From assembly GCA_050740755.1 (NCBI GenBank), contig JBOIDT010000002.1:1-56020 (forward strand): 56,020 nucleotides of DNA, written 5' to 3'. The translations under genes were made by a program, and so were the position numbers. Within the stretch, counting starts at the first letter, position 1. The number at the start of each line of letters is the position of its first letter. This document shows positions 25,666 through 35,790 of the stretch, one piece after another. The notes beneath the pieces were generated by a model, which worked only from the letters and a program-made list of their open reading frames with translations, ran no database searches and was not told the origin of the DNA. This DNA is from Gammaproteobacteria bacterium. GTDB taxonomy: Bacteria; Pseudomonadota; Gammaproteobacteria; JACCXJ01.

Positions 25666-26268
25666 CTAAGTCTGCAATTGCCCGCGCAGCACGGCGCGGA
25701 TGATGGCCTCGCTCGACAGGCCCTCGGTGTCGAGGGACTGGACGTGGCGGCTGGCCTCCTGGGGTTTGTAGCCGAGCGCCACGAGGCCGCTGATCGCATC
25801 CATTCTTGCGTCGCTGAAAGCATCGCCGGCCGCTGCCGCGCCGCCCACAAGCACGCCGAGCCGCCAGTCGGTGATCCGATCGCAGAGCTCGACGACGAGG
25901 CGCTCGGCGGTCTTCTTCCCGATCCCGGGGAGGCGGGTGAGCCGGGTCAGGTCCTTGGTCTCGATCCAGACCGCGAATTCCTCGGGGCTGGTCCCCGACA
26001 GGACCCCGAGCGCGGTGCGCGCGCCGACGCCATTGACCTTGATCAAAGCCCGGAACAGGCGGCGCTCGGTCTCGGTCAGGAAGCCGAACAGTAAATGGGT
26101 GTCCTCGCGGACCGACAGGTGGGTGTAGAGTCGCAGCTCGCTCAGGGGCTTGGGCAGGCGCTCGAAGGTGCTGAGCGGGGCCTCGATCTCGTAGCCCACG
26201 CCCCCGACCTCGAGGAGCAGATGCGGCGGGCTCGCCTCCAGCAGGACGCCGCGGATCCGGCCAATCAT
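25666..26268 (-). CDS. ruvA: Holliday junction branch migration complex subunit RuvA
   Basis: MIGRIRGVLLEASPPHLLLEVGGVGYEIEAPLSTF... plus HhH motifs (VNGVGARTALGVLS, LPGIGKKTAERL). Confidence 0.93.
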   Translation of the reverse strand: MIGRIRGVLLEASPPHLLLEVGGVGYEIEAPLSTFERLPKPLSELRLYTHLSVREDTHLLFGFLTETERRLFRALIKVNGVGARTALGVLSGTSPEEFAVWIETKDLTRLTRLPGIGKKTAERLVVELCDRITDWRLGVLVGGAAAAGDAFSDARMDAISGLVALGYKPQEASRHVQSLDTEGLSSEAIIRAVLRGQLQT

Positions 26269-26774
26269 GCCCGGCGCTTGGGGCGCATGCGCCGGTAGGG
26301 GAGGGAAGCACTGCGGGTGTGCCCATGGCACAGGGCGACGGCGAGCGCGTCGGCGGCGTCGGACGGGGGTGTCGCATCGAGCCGCAGCAAGACCTTCACC
26401 ATCTGCTGGACCTGGGCCTTGTCGGCGCGGCCGAGCCCCACGATGGCGAGCTTGACCTCGGCCGGGGTGAATTCGAATACCGGGAGATCGGCGAGCGCAC
26501 CGGCGACCACCGCGACGCCCCGTGCCTGGCCGAGTTTCAAGGCCGAATCGGGGTTGCGATACATGAACACCAACTCGACCGCCATCTCATCCGGCCGATA
26601 GTGTCGCACCACGCGACCGACGCCCTCGAAGATGAGCCGCAGGCGATCGGCGAGCGTTCCGGACTCGACGTCGAGGCAGCCGTGGGCGACATGGGCGCTC
26701 TGCTGGCCGTCGCTGTCGATGACCCCGTAGCCCGTGACGCGGGATCCCGGGTCGATGCCGAGGATACGGGTCAA
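26265..26774 (-). CDS. ruvC: Crossover junction endodeoxyribonuclease RuvC
   Basis: MTRILGIDPGSRVTGYGVI... and ...SDAADALAVALCH. 4-nt overlap with the ruvA start. Confidence 0.93.
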   Translation of the reverse strand: MTRILGIDPGSRVTGYGVIDSDGQQSAHVAHGCLDVESGTLADRLRLIFEGVGRVVRHYRPDEMAVELVFMYRNPDSALKLGQARGVAVVAGALADLPVFEFTPAEVKLAIVGLGRADKAQVQQMVKVLLRLDATPPSDAADALAVALCHGHTRSASLPYRRMRPKRRA

Positions 26775-26794
26775 AGGCGCGAGCGTTTCAGGCC

Positions 26795-27538
26795 TTACAG
26801 GCGCGCGAGGGTCGCTTCGTCGATGTCGGCGTTCGAGTAGACGCGCTGCACGTCGTCGAGGTCCTCCAGGGCCTCCAGGAGCCGGGTCATCTTCTGCGCA
26901 TCCTCGAATTCGAGCCTCGCGCTCGTCGTCGCCCGCATGGTGACCTCGGCCAGCTCAGGTATAAAACCCTGAGCGGCCATGGCGTCCTTTACCTGTCCGA
27001 ACGATTCCGGCGTGGCCAGGACATCGATCGACCCCTCGTCGTTGACTACCACATCATCGGCCCCGGCCTCCAACGCCGCGGATGTCAGGCGGTCCTCGTC
27101 GCTCCCCGTCGGGTAGCCGAGCACCCCTTGCTTCTTGAAGAGATAGGCCACGGAGCCGTCGGTGCCCATGCTCCCGCCCGCCTTGGTGAAGGCGTGCCGT
27201 ACTTCGGAAACGGTGCGGTTGCGGTTGTTGGTCATGCAGTCCACCAGGATCGCGACCCCGCCCGGCCCATAGCCCTCGTACCGGATCTCCTCGTAGTCCT
27301 CGCCCGGCCCGCCGCCGACACCGCGTTTGATGGCGCGCTCCACGGTGTCCTTGGTCATGTTGTTGGCGAGCGCGCCGTCCATGGCCGCGCGCAGGCGTGG
27401 GTTCGCCGACGGGTCGCCCCCGCCCATGCGCGCGGCGACCGTGATCTCGCGGATGAGGCGGGTGAAGAGCTTGCCCCGCTTGGCGTCCTGCTTGCCCTTG
27501 CGGTGCTGAATATTCGCCCATTTGCTATGACCGGCCAT
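26795..27538 (-). CDS. yebC: YebC/PmpR family DNA-binding transcriptional regulator
   Basis: [37 protein letters not shown]..., 247 aa. Confidence 0.93.
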   Translation of the reverse strand: MAGHSKWANIQHRKGKQDAKRGKLFTRLIREITVAARMGGGDPSANPRLRAAMDGALANNMTKDTVERAIKRGVGGGPGEDYEEIRYEGYGPGGVAILVDCMTNNRNRTVSEVRHAFTKAGGSMGTDGSVAYLFKKQGVLGYPTGSDEDRLTSAALEAGADDVVVNDEGSIDVLATPESFGQVKDAMAAQGFIPELAEVTMRATTSARLEFEDAQKMTRLLEALEDLDDVQRVYSNADIDEATLARL

Positions 27539-27609
27539 CGCCTGCTGCGCCCTGGAAAAGACCGGCGACAGTGTACCCGAAGTCAAGTGGCGCGGGACTC
27601 CCGCTCGTG

Positions 27610-27975
27610 TCAGTGTTTGTGCCGGCCGCGCTCGGCGAGATAACGCTCGGCCTTGGCCTGGTTGAACGACTTGATCTTGGCGTCGGCCTCGCCCTGATCG
27701 ATGGTAGCGGGTGGCCGTTGCGCCGCCGGATGCCGGCGGTGGTCCGGCCATCGCGACCACAGGCGGAAGAGCGCCGACACCGCGGCGCCCACGCCGGCCC
27801 CGATCGCGGCGTAATGATGGAGCGCCATGACGTCCAACAGCATTTCGGGCAGCGGTACGGCCGTGAGCGATGCCCCGGATGTGTAAAGGATATAGCTGCG
27901 GTACAGAAACACACCGAGGACCAGCACGAGCGCCCCGCAGAGTGCCCCGCGCACGAGACCAAAAACGAACTTCAT
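27610..27975 (-). CDS. Hypothetical membrane protein
   Basis: [25 protein letters not shown] plus a second hydrophobic segment. 121 aa, no family recognised. Confidence 0.45.
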   Translation of the reverse strand: MKFVFGLVRGALCGALVLVLGVFLYRSYILYTSGASLTAVPLPEMLLDVMALHHYAAIGAGVGAAVSALFRLWSRWPDHRRHPAAQRPPATIDQGEADAKIKSFNQAKAERYLAERGRHKH

Positions 27976-28395
27976 GTCGTCGGGAGGGCGTACCGGACCT
28001 TCATGAGATACCCGGTGGGAGGCACGTGCCCCGCTCTCGGAAATTACCCTGCAGCACAACGTGTCTCATCTGAGTATCAGTAACGAGGCCATGGAACAGC
28101 GGCGACGCGCTCGCAACAAACATCGAAGAAACCCTCCAGTTTCGGGTCGCCACGCCCCGATTTCCGCCCCTCGGCATACCGGGCACGCAGCGGTACGTGT
28201 GTCTGCCGCGTCCGGGGCGGATGGGGGTCTTGTCCCGCCGCAGCCGAGGCACTATGCTCGCACGTCCACGCAAGGCATGGGATCCGGCCGGGCAATTGCT
28301 TGTCAAGCGCGGTCAGGGGAACGAAAATGCCCGTCACGGTCACAGTCTAACGGCGGGCGACTTCAGCCTTACGGCATCCAAGAGTCTAGATCACC

Positions 28396-29454
28396 ATGTA
28401 CGAGTCGTTCTACAAACTGACCGGCAAGCCCTTCCGCTTGAACCCCGACCCGCGGATGTTCTTCAACAGCCACAGCCACAAGCGGGCGATGTCCTACCTC
28501 CTCTACGGGGTCAAGCAGGGCGAAGGCTTCATCGTGATCACCGGGGATGTCGGTACCGGGAAGACGATGCTGGTGGGCGCGCTCTCGTCCATGCTGGAGC
28601 GCCAGAACGTGGCCGTCGCCCACATCGTCACGACCCAGATCGAGGCCGAGGACCTCTTGCGGGTCGCGGCGGCCGAGTTCGGGCTGGACTACCGGTCGGA
28701 GTCCAAGGCTATCATCCTCAAGAACCTGGAGTCGTATTTCAAGGAGTGCGCGCATCTCGGCAAACGCGCGCTCTTGCTCGTCGACGAGGCCCAGAACCTC
28801 CCCCCGTGCTCGGTGGAGGAGTTGCGCATGCTCTCCAACTTCCAAATGAACGGGCGCTCGCTGGTGCAGAGCTTCCTCCTCGGTCAGAAGGAGTTTCGGA
28901 ACGTGATGCGCTCCCAAGATTTCGTGCAGCTCCGGCAGCGCGTCATCGCCGCCTATCACCTGCGCCCCTTGGACACGGCGGAAACGCGGGCTTACATCGA
29001 GCACCGGTTGCGGGTCGTCGGTTGGAAGAACGACCCCCGGTTTGTGGACGAGGTGTTTCCCCTCATCCATCGCATCGCCCAGGGGGTCCCACGGCGCATC
29101 AACCTGTTCTGCGACCGGCTCCTCCTGTTCGCCTCCCTGGAGGACAAACGGGTCATAGACGCGGCCGTCGTGACCGCAGTGACCAACGACCTGGATCAGG
29201 AAGACCTGTTGATCTCCGATGAGGCGCCCGAGACCAAGGATGGGCCGTCGGCGCAAGTCGCGGTACTCCACCGCGGATCTGCGACGAGCACCCCCGGGGC
29301 CAAGCGCCTGGACGCCATCGAAGACTCGCTGGAGTCGCTTGGCAACATCGTGCGGCGCGAGCTCGTCATGCTGCGCAAGGCGATAGTTGACACCAAGAAG
29401 GCCCCCGGTGACGGCACCACCACCACCGTCGGGATGACCCGCCAGAAGACCTGA
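28396..29454 (+). CDS. ExeA/GspA-like AAA ATPase (resembles the XrtA/PEP-CTERM-locus-associated secretion ATPase subfamily)
   Basis: MYESFYKLTGKPFRLNPDPRMFF..., ITGDVGTGKT Walker A, LLLVDEAQNL Walker B, VPRRINLFCDRLL. Confidence 0.8.
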   Translation: MYESFYKLTGKPFRLNPDPRMFFNSHSHKRAMSYLLYGVKQGEGFIVITGDVGTGKTMLVGALSSMLERQNVAVAHIVTTQIEAEDLLRVAAAEFGLDYRSESKAIILKNLESYFKECAHLGKRALLLVDEAQNLPPCSVEELRMLSNFQMNGRSLVQSFLLGQKEFRNVMRSQDFVQLRQRVIAAYHLRPLDTAETRAYIEHRLRVVGWKNDPRFVDEVFPLIHRIAQGVPRRINLFCDRLLLFASLEDKRVIDAAVVTAVTNDLDQEDLLISDEAPETKDGPSAQVAVLHRGSATSTPGAKRLDAIEDSLESLGNIVRRELVMLRKAIVDTKKAPGDGTTTTVGMTRQKT

Positions 29455-29778
29455 ACGGCATCACTTCAGCCTCACCGCGAGGCGGATGGTGTCGATGCCC
29501 CCCGCGCGCTGTTCCTGACCTCGAAGAAGCCCCGGACCTTCTCGTGCCCTGCTGGATGAGCATTGTCGCGGCCTGCTTGCCTTTCCGCGTGAGCTTGAGG
29601 CACACATTCGTGATCTGACCCGGGACGTTCGTGATGGCGGCGGCGAAGCGGATCCGCTGGTCGCCCTCGCCGATAGCTCGCCGCGATGCGGTACGCGCGG
29701 CTCACCGGCTGAGACTCTACGGACCCGGTGCAATGGATATTTCAGAGGGTGGCATGCGACGCTGGCCACGCCTTCACT

Positions 29779-30441
29779 TCACTCGAGAGGGCCGTCCTCG
29801 CCTTGACCGTAGGTGCGGAACCGGCGCTGGACGTCCTCCATCTCCTCTGCCGAAAGGAGCACCGGCCGGCCGATCTGCACCGCTAGACCGTAGATCTTCG
29901 CCAGATACTCGACCTCCCTCGTCACCTCCAGCGCCTGGTCCAGATCGGCGCCGACCGCCGTCACCCCGTGGTTGGCCATGAGGCAGGCCCTGCGTCCCTC
30001 GAGCGCCCCGAGCACGTGATCCGACAGTGCCTGCGTCCCGAAGGTGGCATACGGCGCACAGGGGATCCCCGCGGAGCCGGCCCGGGCCACCATGTAGTGA
30101 AACGGCGGGATCCCGAGCCGGCAGCACGCGAGCGCCGTGGCGTGGGGCGAATGCGTGTGGATGACCGCGCCGATCTCCGGCCGGCATCGATAGATGTCGC
30201 GGTGGATGCGCCATTCGCTGGAAGGCCGGCGGCTCTGGGCTTGGGCCACGATCCCATCGCCCCCGACCTCGACGATCTGTTCGGCACCGAGTCCCTCGTA
30301 GGGCACACCGGTCGGCGTGATGAAAATCGTCTCCCCCGAGCGCGCACTGATATTGCCGGAGGTCCCCTCCGCGAGCCCAGAGCGGTGGAGCGCACGGGCG
30401 GTGGCGACCACCGCCTCACGAAGCCCGGTCGTTCCCGTCAT
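29779..30441 (-). CDS. Class II aldolase/adducin family protein
   Basis: GTSGNISAR, PSSEWRIHRDIY, VIHTHSP and ANHGVTAVG motifs. Confidence 0.85.
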   Translation of the reverse strand: MTGTTGLREAVVATARALHRSGLAEGTSGNISARSGETIFITPTGVPYEGLGAEQIVEVGGDGIVAQAQSRRPSSEWRIHRDIYRCRPEIGAVIHTHSPHATALACCRLGIPPFHYMVARAGSAGIPCAPYATFGTQALSDHVLGALEGRRACLMANHGVTAVGADLDQALEVTREVEYLAKIYGLAVQIGRPVLLSAEEMEDVQRRFRTYGQGEDGPLE

Positions 30442-30512
30442 GGCCTAGGGCAGTCGGTCGAGTTCAACGGGGTCCAACCACGCGGGTGCCGCTCGGGGCG
30501 GGGCAGGCACGC

Positions 30513-32027
30513 TCAATGTAAAAACATGGCGTAGGCAGGATTGCCGGACTCCTCCACGTGCACGAGGCCCAGGTCGTCGAGAAACCCCTGAAACGCCGCC
30601 GCGTGCGCCGCGGGCACCTGGATCCCCATCAGCACCCGCCCGTAGGCCGCACCGTGGTTCCGATAGTGGAACAGGCTGATGTTCCAGCGATCGTCGAGCT
30701 GCGTGAGGAAATGCAGGAGCGCCCCCGGGCGCTCGGGGAACTCGAAGCGAAACAGCCGCTCATCGCCGAGCCGCCCGGCAGGACCGCCCACCATGTAGCG
30801 CACGTGCAGCTTGGCCATCTCATTGTTGGAGAGGTCCGCGACCCGGTAGCCCTTGTCGATGAGCGCGGCGATCAAGGCGTTCTTCTCCGTCACCCCGCCG
30901 CGCAACTGCACCCCGGTGAAGACATGCGCTTCTTGGGCGTCGGCATAACGGTAATTGAATTCGGTGATGGCGCGCGGCCCCAGGGCATGGCAGAACGCCC
31001 GAAAGCTCCCCGGCCGCTCGGGGATGGTCACGCCCAAGAGGGCCTCGCGGTGCTCGCCGAGCGTGGCCAGCTCGGCGATATGCCGCAGCCGATCGAAGTT
31101 GACGTTGGCGCCGCTGAAGATCGCGACCAGGTCCTGGTTCGAGACCCGCTCGCGTGCCACGTACTGCTTGAGCCCGGCGAGCGCCAGGGCGCCGGCCGGC
31201 TCGGCGATGGAACGGGTGTCCTCGAAGGTGTCCTTGACCGCCGAGCAGATCTCATCGACGCTGACCTCCAGAACCTCATCGACACAGGCGCGGGCGATGC
31301 GAAACGGCTCCTCGCCCACCTGCCTCACCGCCGCGCCGTCGGCGAAGGTGCCGATGCGGTCCAGGACGACGCGCTCGCCCATCTCCAGCGCCCGCTTCAT
31401 GCTCGGGGCCTCATCGCACTCGACGCCGATGACCCGGATGGCGGGGAGCAGGTGTTTCACGTAGGCCGCCACACCGGCGATGAGGCCGCCCCCGCCGACC
31501 GGTACGAAGATGATGTCGAGATCGCCCGCGCGCTGCTCCAGGATCTCTTTGCCGACCGTGCCCTGTCCGGCGATCACCAGCGGATGGTCATAGGGATGGA
31601 CGAAGCACAGGCCGCGCTCGGCTTGCAGGCGGCGGGCATGCTCGCAGGCGTCGTCATAGGTGTTTCCGTGCAGGACGATCTCGGCGCCGAATCTCCGCAC
31701 CGCCGCGATCTTGATCTCGGGGGTGGTCTTCGGCATCACGATGAGCGCCGCGACGCAGAGGCGCTGGGCCGCGAGCGCCACCCCCTGGGCATGATTGCCG
31801 GCCGAGGCCGCCACCACCCCGCGCGCGCGCTCCGCGGGCGTGAGGTGGACCATGAGATTGTAGGCCCCGCGGAGTTTATAGGAGAATACCGGCTGCAGGT
31901 CCTCACGCTTGATCCACACCCGGTTGCCGAGACGGCGCGACAGCTCCGGTGCCGGATCGAGCGGCGTTTTCCGGGCCACGTCGTACACCCGCGCGGTGAG
32001 AATCAGTTTTACGTAGTGCTGCAACAT
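30513..32027 (-). CDS. ilvA: Threonine ammonia-lyase, biosynthetic
   Basis: [13 protein letters not shown]-lysine motif, ASAGNHAQGVA, and two C-terminal ACT-like regulatory repeats. 504 aa. Confidence 0.95.
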   Translation of the reverse strand: MLQHYVKLILTARVYDVARKTPLDPAPELSRRLGNRVWIKREDLQPVFSYKLRGAYNLMVHLTPAERARGVVAASAGNHAQGVALAAQRLCVAALIVMPKTTPEIKIAAVRRFGAEIVLHGNTYDDACEHARRLQAERGLCFVHPYDHPLVIAGQGTVGKEILEQRAGDLDIIFVPVGGGGLIAGVAAYVKHLLPAIRVIGVECDEAPSMKRALEMGERVVLDRIGTFADGAAVRQVGEEPFRIARACVDEVLEVSVDEICSAVKDTFEDTRSIAEPAGALALAGLKQYVARERVSNQDLVAIFSGANVNFDRLRHIAELATLGEHREALLGVTIPERPGSFRAFCHALGPRAITEFNYRYADAQEAHVFTGVQLRGGVTEKNALIAALIDKGYRVADLSNNEMAKLHVRYMVGGPAGRLGDERLFRFEFPERPGALLHFLTQLDDRWNISLFHYRNHGAAYGRVLMGIQVPAAHAAAFQGFLDDLGLVHVEESGNPAYAMFLH

Positions 32028-32078
32028 CGCTTATAAGATACCACCGACAGACCGACTGCGAGGCGCTTGCGCATGAAC
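31851..32078. repeat. 228-bp direct repeat copy A (ilvA 5' end + ilvA/rpiA intergenic region + first 6 nt of rpiA)
   Basis: Aligns base for base with 33025-33252 at a constant offset of 1174. I count 3 mismatches. Confidence 0.9.
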
Positions 32079-32287
32079 GCGACCTAGACCCTGGCCACAC
32101 CGCATAGACCGGGTGCGGCCGGCACCGAGTGAGTGACGACAGCGCGTGTTTTCTCGATTGAAGACCTTCATGCATGTGGCGCCGGGTACTGTCGGCTTCA
32201 GCCTCGGCGCGCTGGCCCAGCCCGTGATACGGGAACCGGCTGCTCGAGGGCGAGCATCCGTCTCCGGAGCCGAGAGGCGCGGGAAGG

Positions 32288-32305
32288 AACATCATATATG
32301 ATGTT
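32288..32305 (+). promoter_or_regulatory. Perfect 18-bp palindrome, candidate TA operator
   Basis: AACATCATATATGATGTT ends 3 nt before the PIN start codon. Confidence 0.45.
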
Positions 32306-32308
32306 ATT

Positions 32309-32728
32309 ATGCGGCTGGTACTGGATACCGACGTGCTTATCGCTGGCTTGCGCAGCCCGACGGGGGCATCCGCCGAGCTGATGCGGTTAGCCCGCCGCGG
32401 CAAGGTGTCCTTGCTGGCGAGCGTGTCCCTGTTCATGGAATACGAGGCCCAGTGCCTGGAAGCCGAACACTGCATGGCCGCGGGCCTGTCCGAAACCGAT
32501 ATGCGTCGTTTCCTCGATGCATTCGCCGCGCTGATCGAGCCGGTCACCACGCATTACCTGTGGCGACCTCAGTTGCGCGACCCGGCGGACGAGATGGTGC
32601 TCGAAGTCGCGGTGAACGGTCGTGCGGATGCGCTGGTGAGCTTCAACCACCGCGATTTCGGTGCCGCTCCCGCGAGATTCGGCATCGCACTACTGCTTCC
32701 CTCGGAAGCGCTCAGGAGAATGAGATGA
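32309..32728 (+). CDS. PIN-domain toxin (PIN_3-type putative TA toxin)
   Basis: [24 protein letters not shown]..., ...[27 protein letters not shown] with conserved acidic residues. Confidence 0.8.
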   Translation: MRLVLDTDVLIAGLRSPTGASAELMRLARRGKVSLLASVSLFMEYEAQCLEAEHCMAAGLSETDMRRFLDAFAALIEPVTTHYLWRPQLRDPADEMVLEVAVNGRADALVSFNHRDFGAAPARFGIALLLPSEALRRMR

Positions 32729-32970
32729 AGGCACAATCGACTTACCCGCTGCGTCTGCCGCGCTCGATCAAGGCAGCGGTGGAGCGGATCAGCAAGGAAG
32801 AAGGCACCAGCATCAACCAATTCGTCGCCACGGCCGTGGCCGAGAAGCTGGCCGCCATGGAAGCGGTCGCCTTCTTCGAGGAACGCCGCCGCCGCGCCGA
32901 CCTCGCCGGATTCGACGCCATTATGGCGCGTGAGGGCGGCGGCCCGCCTCGACCGGGCGACGAGCGATAA
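32725..32970 (+). CDS. RHH/Arc-like antitoxin (HicB-like antitoxin family)
   Basis: ATGA overlap with the PIN stop. [41 protein letters not shown]. Confidence 0.75.
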   Translation: MKAQSTYPLRLPRSIKAAVERISKEEGTSINQFVATAVAEKLAAMEAVAFFEERRRRADLAGFDAIMAREGGGPPRPGDER

Positions 32971-33024
32971 GCGGCCTTTCCGGCTAAGACGGAAGCCCAT
33001 GGTGGGCGTTCCGCCGAAGTCGTA

Positions 33025-33252
33025 CATCAGATTGTAGGCCCCGCGGAGTTTATAGGAGAATACCGGCTGCAGGTCCTCACGCTTGATCCACACCCGGTTG
33101 CCGAGACGGCGCGACAGCTCCGGTGCCGGATCGAGCGGCGTTTTCCGGGCCACGTCGTACACCCGCGCGGTGAGGATCAGTTTTACGTAGTGCTGCAACA
33201 TCGCTTATAAGATACCACCGACAGACCGACTGCGAGGAGCTTGCGCATGAAC
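33025..33252. repeat. 228-bp direct repeat copy B
   Basis: See copy A. This copy is attached to the intact rpiA. Confidence 0.9.
33026..33201 (-). pseudogene. Duplicated ilvA 5' fragment (first ~58 codons)
   Basis: [59 protein letters not shown] is identical to the ilvA N-terminus, then diverges. Confidence 0.85.
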
Positions 33253-33903
33253 CAGGATGCCAACAAGCGGCGCGCCGCAGAGGCCGCCCTCGATCACATC
33301 GAGGACGGGAGCGTGATCGGGGTCGGTACGGGCAGCACCGTCGAGCGGTTCGTCGAGGCCCTGGCGCGCGTGAGGCAGCGCATCGAGGGTGCGGTCGCGA
33401 GCTCCCAGACCACCGAGGCACTGCTCCGCAGGCACAACATCCCCGTGGTCGATCTCAATAGCGCCGGCGATCTGCCCCTGTATATCGACGGCGCCGATGA
33501 GGCCACGCGTTTCCTGCACCTCATCAAGGGTGGCGGGGGGGCCCTGACCCGCGAGAAGATCATCGCCGCCGCGAGCCGCCTGTTCGTCTGCATCATCGAC
33601 GACTCCAAGCTCGTCGATGTCCTGGGGCGCTTCCCCCTGCCGGTCGAGGTGATCCCCATGGCACGGAGCTTCGTGGCCCGACGGCTCGTCAAGCTCGGCG
33701 GACAGCCACGCTGGCGCCAGGGCTTCGTCACCGATAACGGCAACGTGATCCTGGATGTCCATCACACGAAGATCCCGGACCCCGCGCGCCTGGAGGGCGA
33801 GATCGACCAGATCCCCGGGGTGGTGTGTAACGGCGTGTTCGCGCGCCGCCCGGCCGATCTCCTGCTCGTCGGTTCTGAACGCGGTGTCGAAACGTTGCGC
33901 TGA
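33247..33903 (+). CDS. rpiA: Ribose-5-phosphate isomerase A
   Basis: [32 protein letters not shown]..., [18 protein letters not shown]. Confidence 0.93.
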   Translation: MNQDANKRRAAEAALDHIEDGSVIGVGTGSTVERFVEALARVRQRIEGAVASSQTTEALLRRHNIPVVDLNSAGDLPLYIDGADEATRFLHLIKGGGGALTREKIIAAASRLFVCIIDDSKLVDVLGRFPLPVEVIPMARSFVARRLVKLGGQPRWRQGFVTDNGNVILDVHHTKIPDPARLEGEIDQIPGVVCNGVFARRPADLLLVGSERGVETLR

Positions 33904-33909
33904 TGAGGC

Positions 33910-34110
33910 ATGGCACGGACCCTCATCATCCTCGGCGCCGTCCTGCTCGTGGCCGGACTCCTGTGGCCGTGGATCCTGAAGCTGGGCCTGGGCCGGCTGC
34001 CGGGCGACATCGTCATCGAGCGCGAAGGGTTCCGCTTCTACTTCCCGATCGTGACTGGGCTCCTCGTGAGCCTCGTCGTATCCGCGGTGCTGTGGCTGTT
34101 CCGGCGCTGA
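33910..34110 (+). CDS. DUF2905 family small membrane protein
   Basis: LGRLPGDIVIEREGFRFYFPIVTGLLVSLVVS pattern. 66 aa. Confidence 0.7.
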   Translation: MARTLIILGAVLLVAGLLWPWILKLGLGRLPGDIVIEREGFRFYFPIVTGLLVSLVVSAVLWLFRR

Positions 34111-34128
34111 AACCACTCCTCTAACCGC

Positions 34129-34986
34129 ATGGGTCGCCCGCTTCGGCTACCCTACCTCGACCAGATCCTGGGCGCGCTGGCCCATTCGCCCGATCCGTCG
34201 GCTTCCCCGCTGCTCCGGGCGCTCGGCAGCCGGCACGTGCACTGGGGCTATTATCGAGACCCGGAAACGGCGGACGATTCCCTGGAAGGGCTCGCGGCGG
34301 CCCAGGAGGCGCTGTCCGAGCGGCTCCTCTGCCTCGCGGGTGTCGGAAACGGCCAGCGCATCCTGGAGGTGGGCTGCGGGCTGGGTGGCACCCTCGCGCT
34401 GCTCGACGGGCGCTACACGGATCTCACCCTGCACGGCCTCAACATCGACCCGCGGCAGATCGCAGAGGCGCGGCGCTTCCTCACCCCGAGGCACGGCAAC
34501 GGCGTGAGTCTCGTAGCCGCCGATGCCTGCAAGCTGCCCTATGGCGATGGCGGCTTCCACGTGGTGCTGGCCGTCGAGTGCATCTTTCATTTCGCGACTC
34601 GCCTGGGGTTCTTCCGTGAGGCTCGGCGAGTCTTGGCGCGGGGCGGGCGGTTGGCTCTATCGGATTTCGTCCCGCGGGCATGGACGGCACCGTGGCTCGG
34701 CCCCTGGCTCCTGTGTTATGCCCGAGATATCTCGCGTTTCTATGGGCGGATGAACTACTTCTCGCCCTCGACGGTGTCCGGTTACCGGATGCTGGCTCGC
34801 CTGACCGGGTTTCGCCTCGCCGTGAACGACGACATCACTCGGAACACCCTGCCCACCTATCCGGCCCTCTTGCGCGTGTTCCGCGAGATCGACCACCCGG
34901 TCGCGGCGCGCGCCACCGAGTTCGTGGCCAGGGTCAGCCGAGCCGGGCTGGTCCGCTACCGGGATCTCGTCTTCGAGGCGATCTGA
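34129..34986 (+). CDS. Class I SAM-dependent methyltransferase
   Basis: ILEVGCGLGG motif I, then DACKLPY..GFHVVLAVECIFH. Confidence 0.8.
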   Translation: MGRPLRLPYLDQILGALAHSPDPSASPLLRALGSRHVHWGYYRDPETADDSLEGLAAAQEALSERLLCLAGVGNGQRILEVGCGLGGTLALLDGRYTDLTLHGLNIDPRQIAEARRFLTPRHGNGVSLVAADACKLPYGDGGFHVVLAVECIFHFATRLGFFREARRVLARGGRLALSDFVPRAWTAPWLGPWLLCYARDISRFYGRMNYFSPSTVSGYRMLARLTGFRLAVNDDITRNTLPTYPALLRVFREIDHPVAARATEFVARVSRAGLVRYRDLVFEAI

Positions 34987-35022
34987 GCGGGGTGGAGGCG
35001 ATCGGGTCGGGGTGCCGCACGG

Positions 35023-35790
35023 CTAATACCAGAACCGAACCCCGGCCACGAAGGCCGGGATGTCGATGTCCTCGCCGCGCCGGCGCGCCAGATCGGCGGT
35101 TCGGCCGACCTTTCGTTCCCACACGAATCCCACGTAGGGTGCGAACTCACGCACGATCTCATAGCGGAGCCGTAACCCCAGCTCGACCTGACTGAGCCCG
35201 GGCCCGATCCCAATCTCCTCGACCTCCTGAACGGCGAAATCGAGCTCCAACGCCGGTTGCAGGATCAAACGCTGGGTGATGAGGATCGGGTATTCGACCT
35301 CGAGCCGCGCCGATACGTCGCCATCCTCGCTGATGAAGGCATCGGCGTCCACCTCGTAGAGATAGGGCGCGAGCCCGTGGGCGGCAAACACCGCAAAGCC
35401 GCGCGACGGCTCGGGTTCCAGGTCATAGCGCACGCCCACGGCCAGCTCCCAGAAGGCCGTGACCAGGCGGCTGTAGCGGAGCTGCAACTCCGCGGTTTCC
35501 ACGGGACCGTCGAGGAGATGATCCCCTTGTGTCTTGAACCACAAGCGGTCGTAGTCCCCGCCGATCCAGCCTCGCACATCCCAGCTATACGTTTCCGAAT
35601 CCTCGTCCGTGACGCGGAGCTCCGATTGTTCGGCCTGGAGGTAGGCCAGGACCCGATCGGCGTGCGGCGTCGCGGACGGTTCGGCTGCCAGGAGGTTCGT
35701 TACCTTGATCCATAGCAGTGCCGTGCAGATCGTCTGCATGGCCGCATTTCTCGCCCGCATTGGCGTGCGTTCCCGAACGGGTACGCTCAT
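35023..35790 (-). CDS. copB: Copper resistance protein B (outer-membrane CopB/PcoB)
   Basis: WDVRGWIGGDYDRLWFKTQGD..., C-terminal AGVRFWY. ATGA overlap with the copA stop. Confidence 0.85.
   Translation of the reverse strand: MSVPVRERTPMRARNAAMQTICTALLWIKVTNLLAAEPSATPHADRVLAYLQAEQSELRVTDEDSETYSWDVRGWIGGDYDRLWFKTQGDHLLDGPVETAELQLRYSRLVTAFWELAVGVRYDLEPEPSRGFAVFAAHGLAPYLYEVDADAFISEDGDVSARLEVEYPILITQRLILQPALELDFAVQEVEEIGIGPGLSQVELGLRLRYEIVREFAPYVGFVWERKVGRTADLARRRGEDIDIPAFVAGVRFWY

Larger units (their letters stand above)
32079..33024 (+). mobile_element. 946-bp inserted toxin-antitoxin cassette bounded by the 228-bp direct repeats; no recombinase gene
   Basis: Sequence unique to the interval between the two repeat copies. 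Carries the PIN and RHH genes. Confidence 0.6.

Noticed and set aside
29455-29778. 325-bp gap with ORFs 29461-29769 and 29472-29705 (minus) between the ExeA-like ATPase and the aldolase
   Set aside because: All frames give Arg/Ser/Pro-rich, family-less translations. I could not support a gene, RNA or repeat here, so it is left unannotated.
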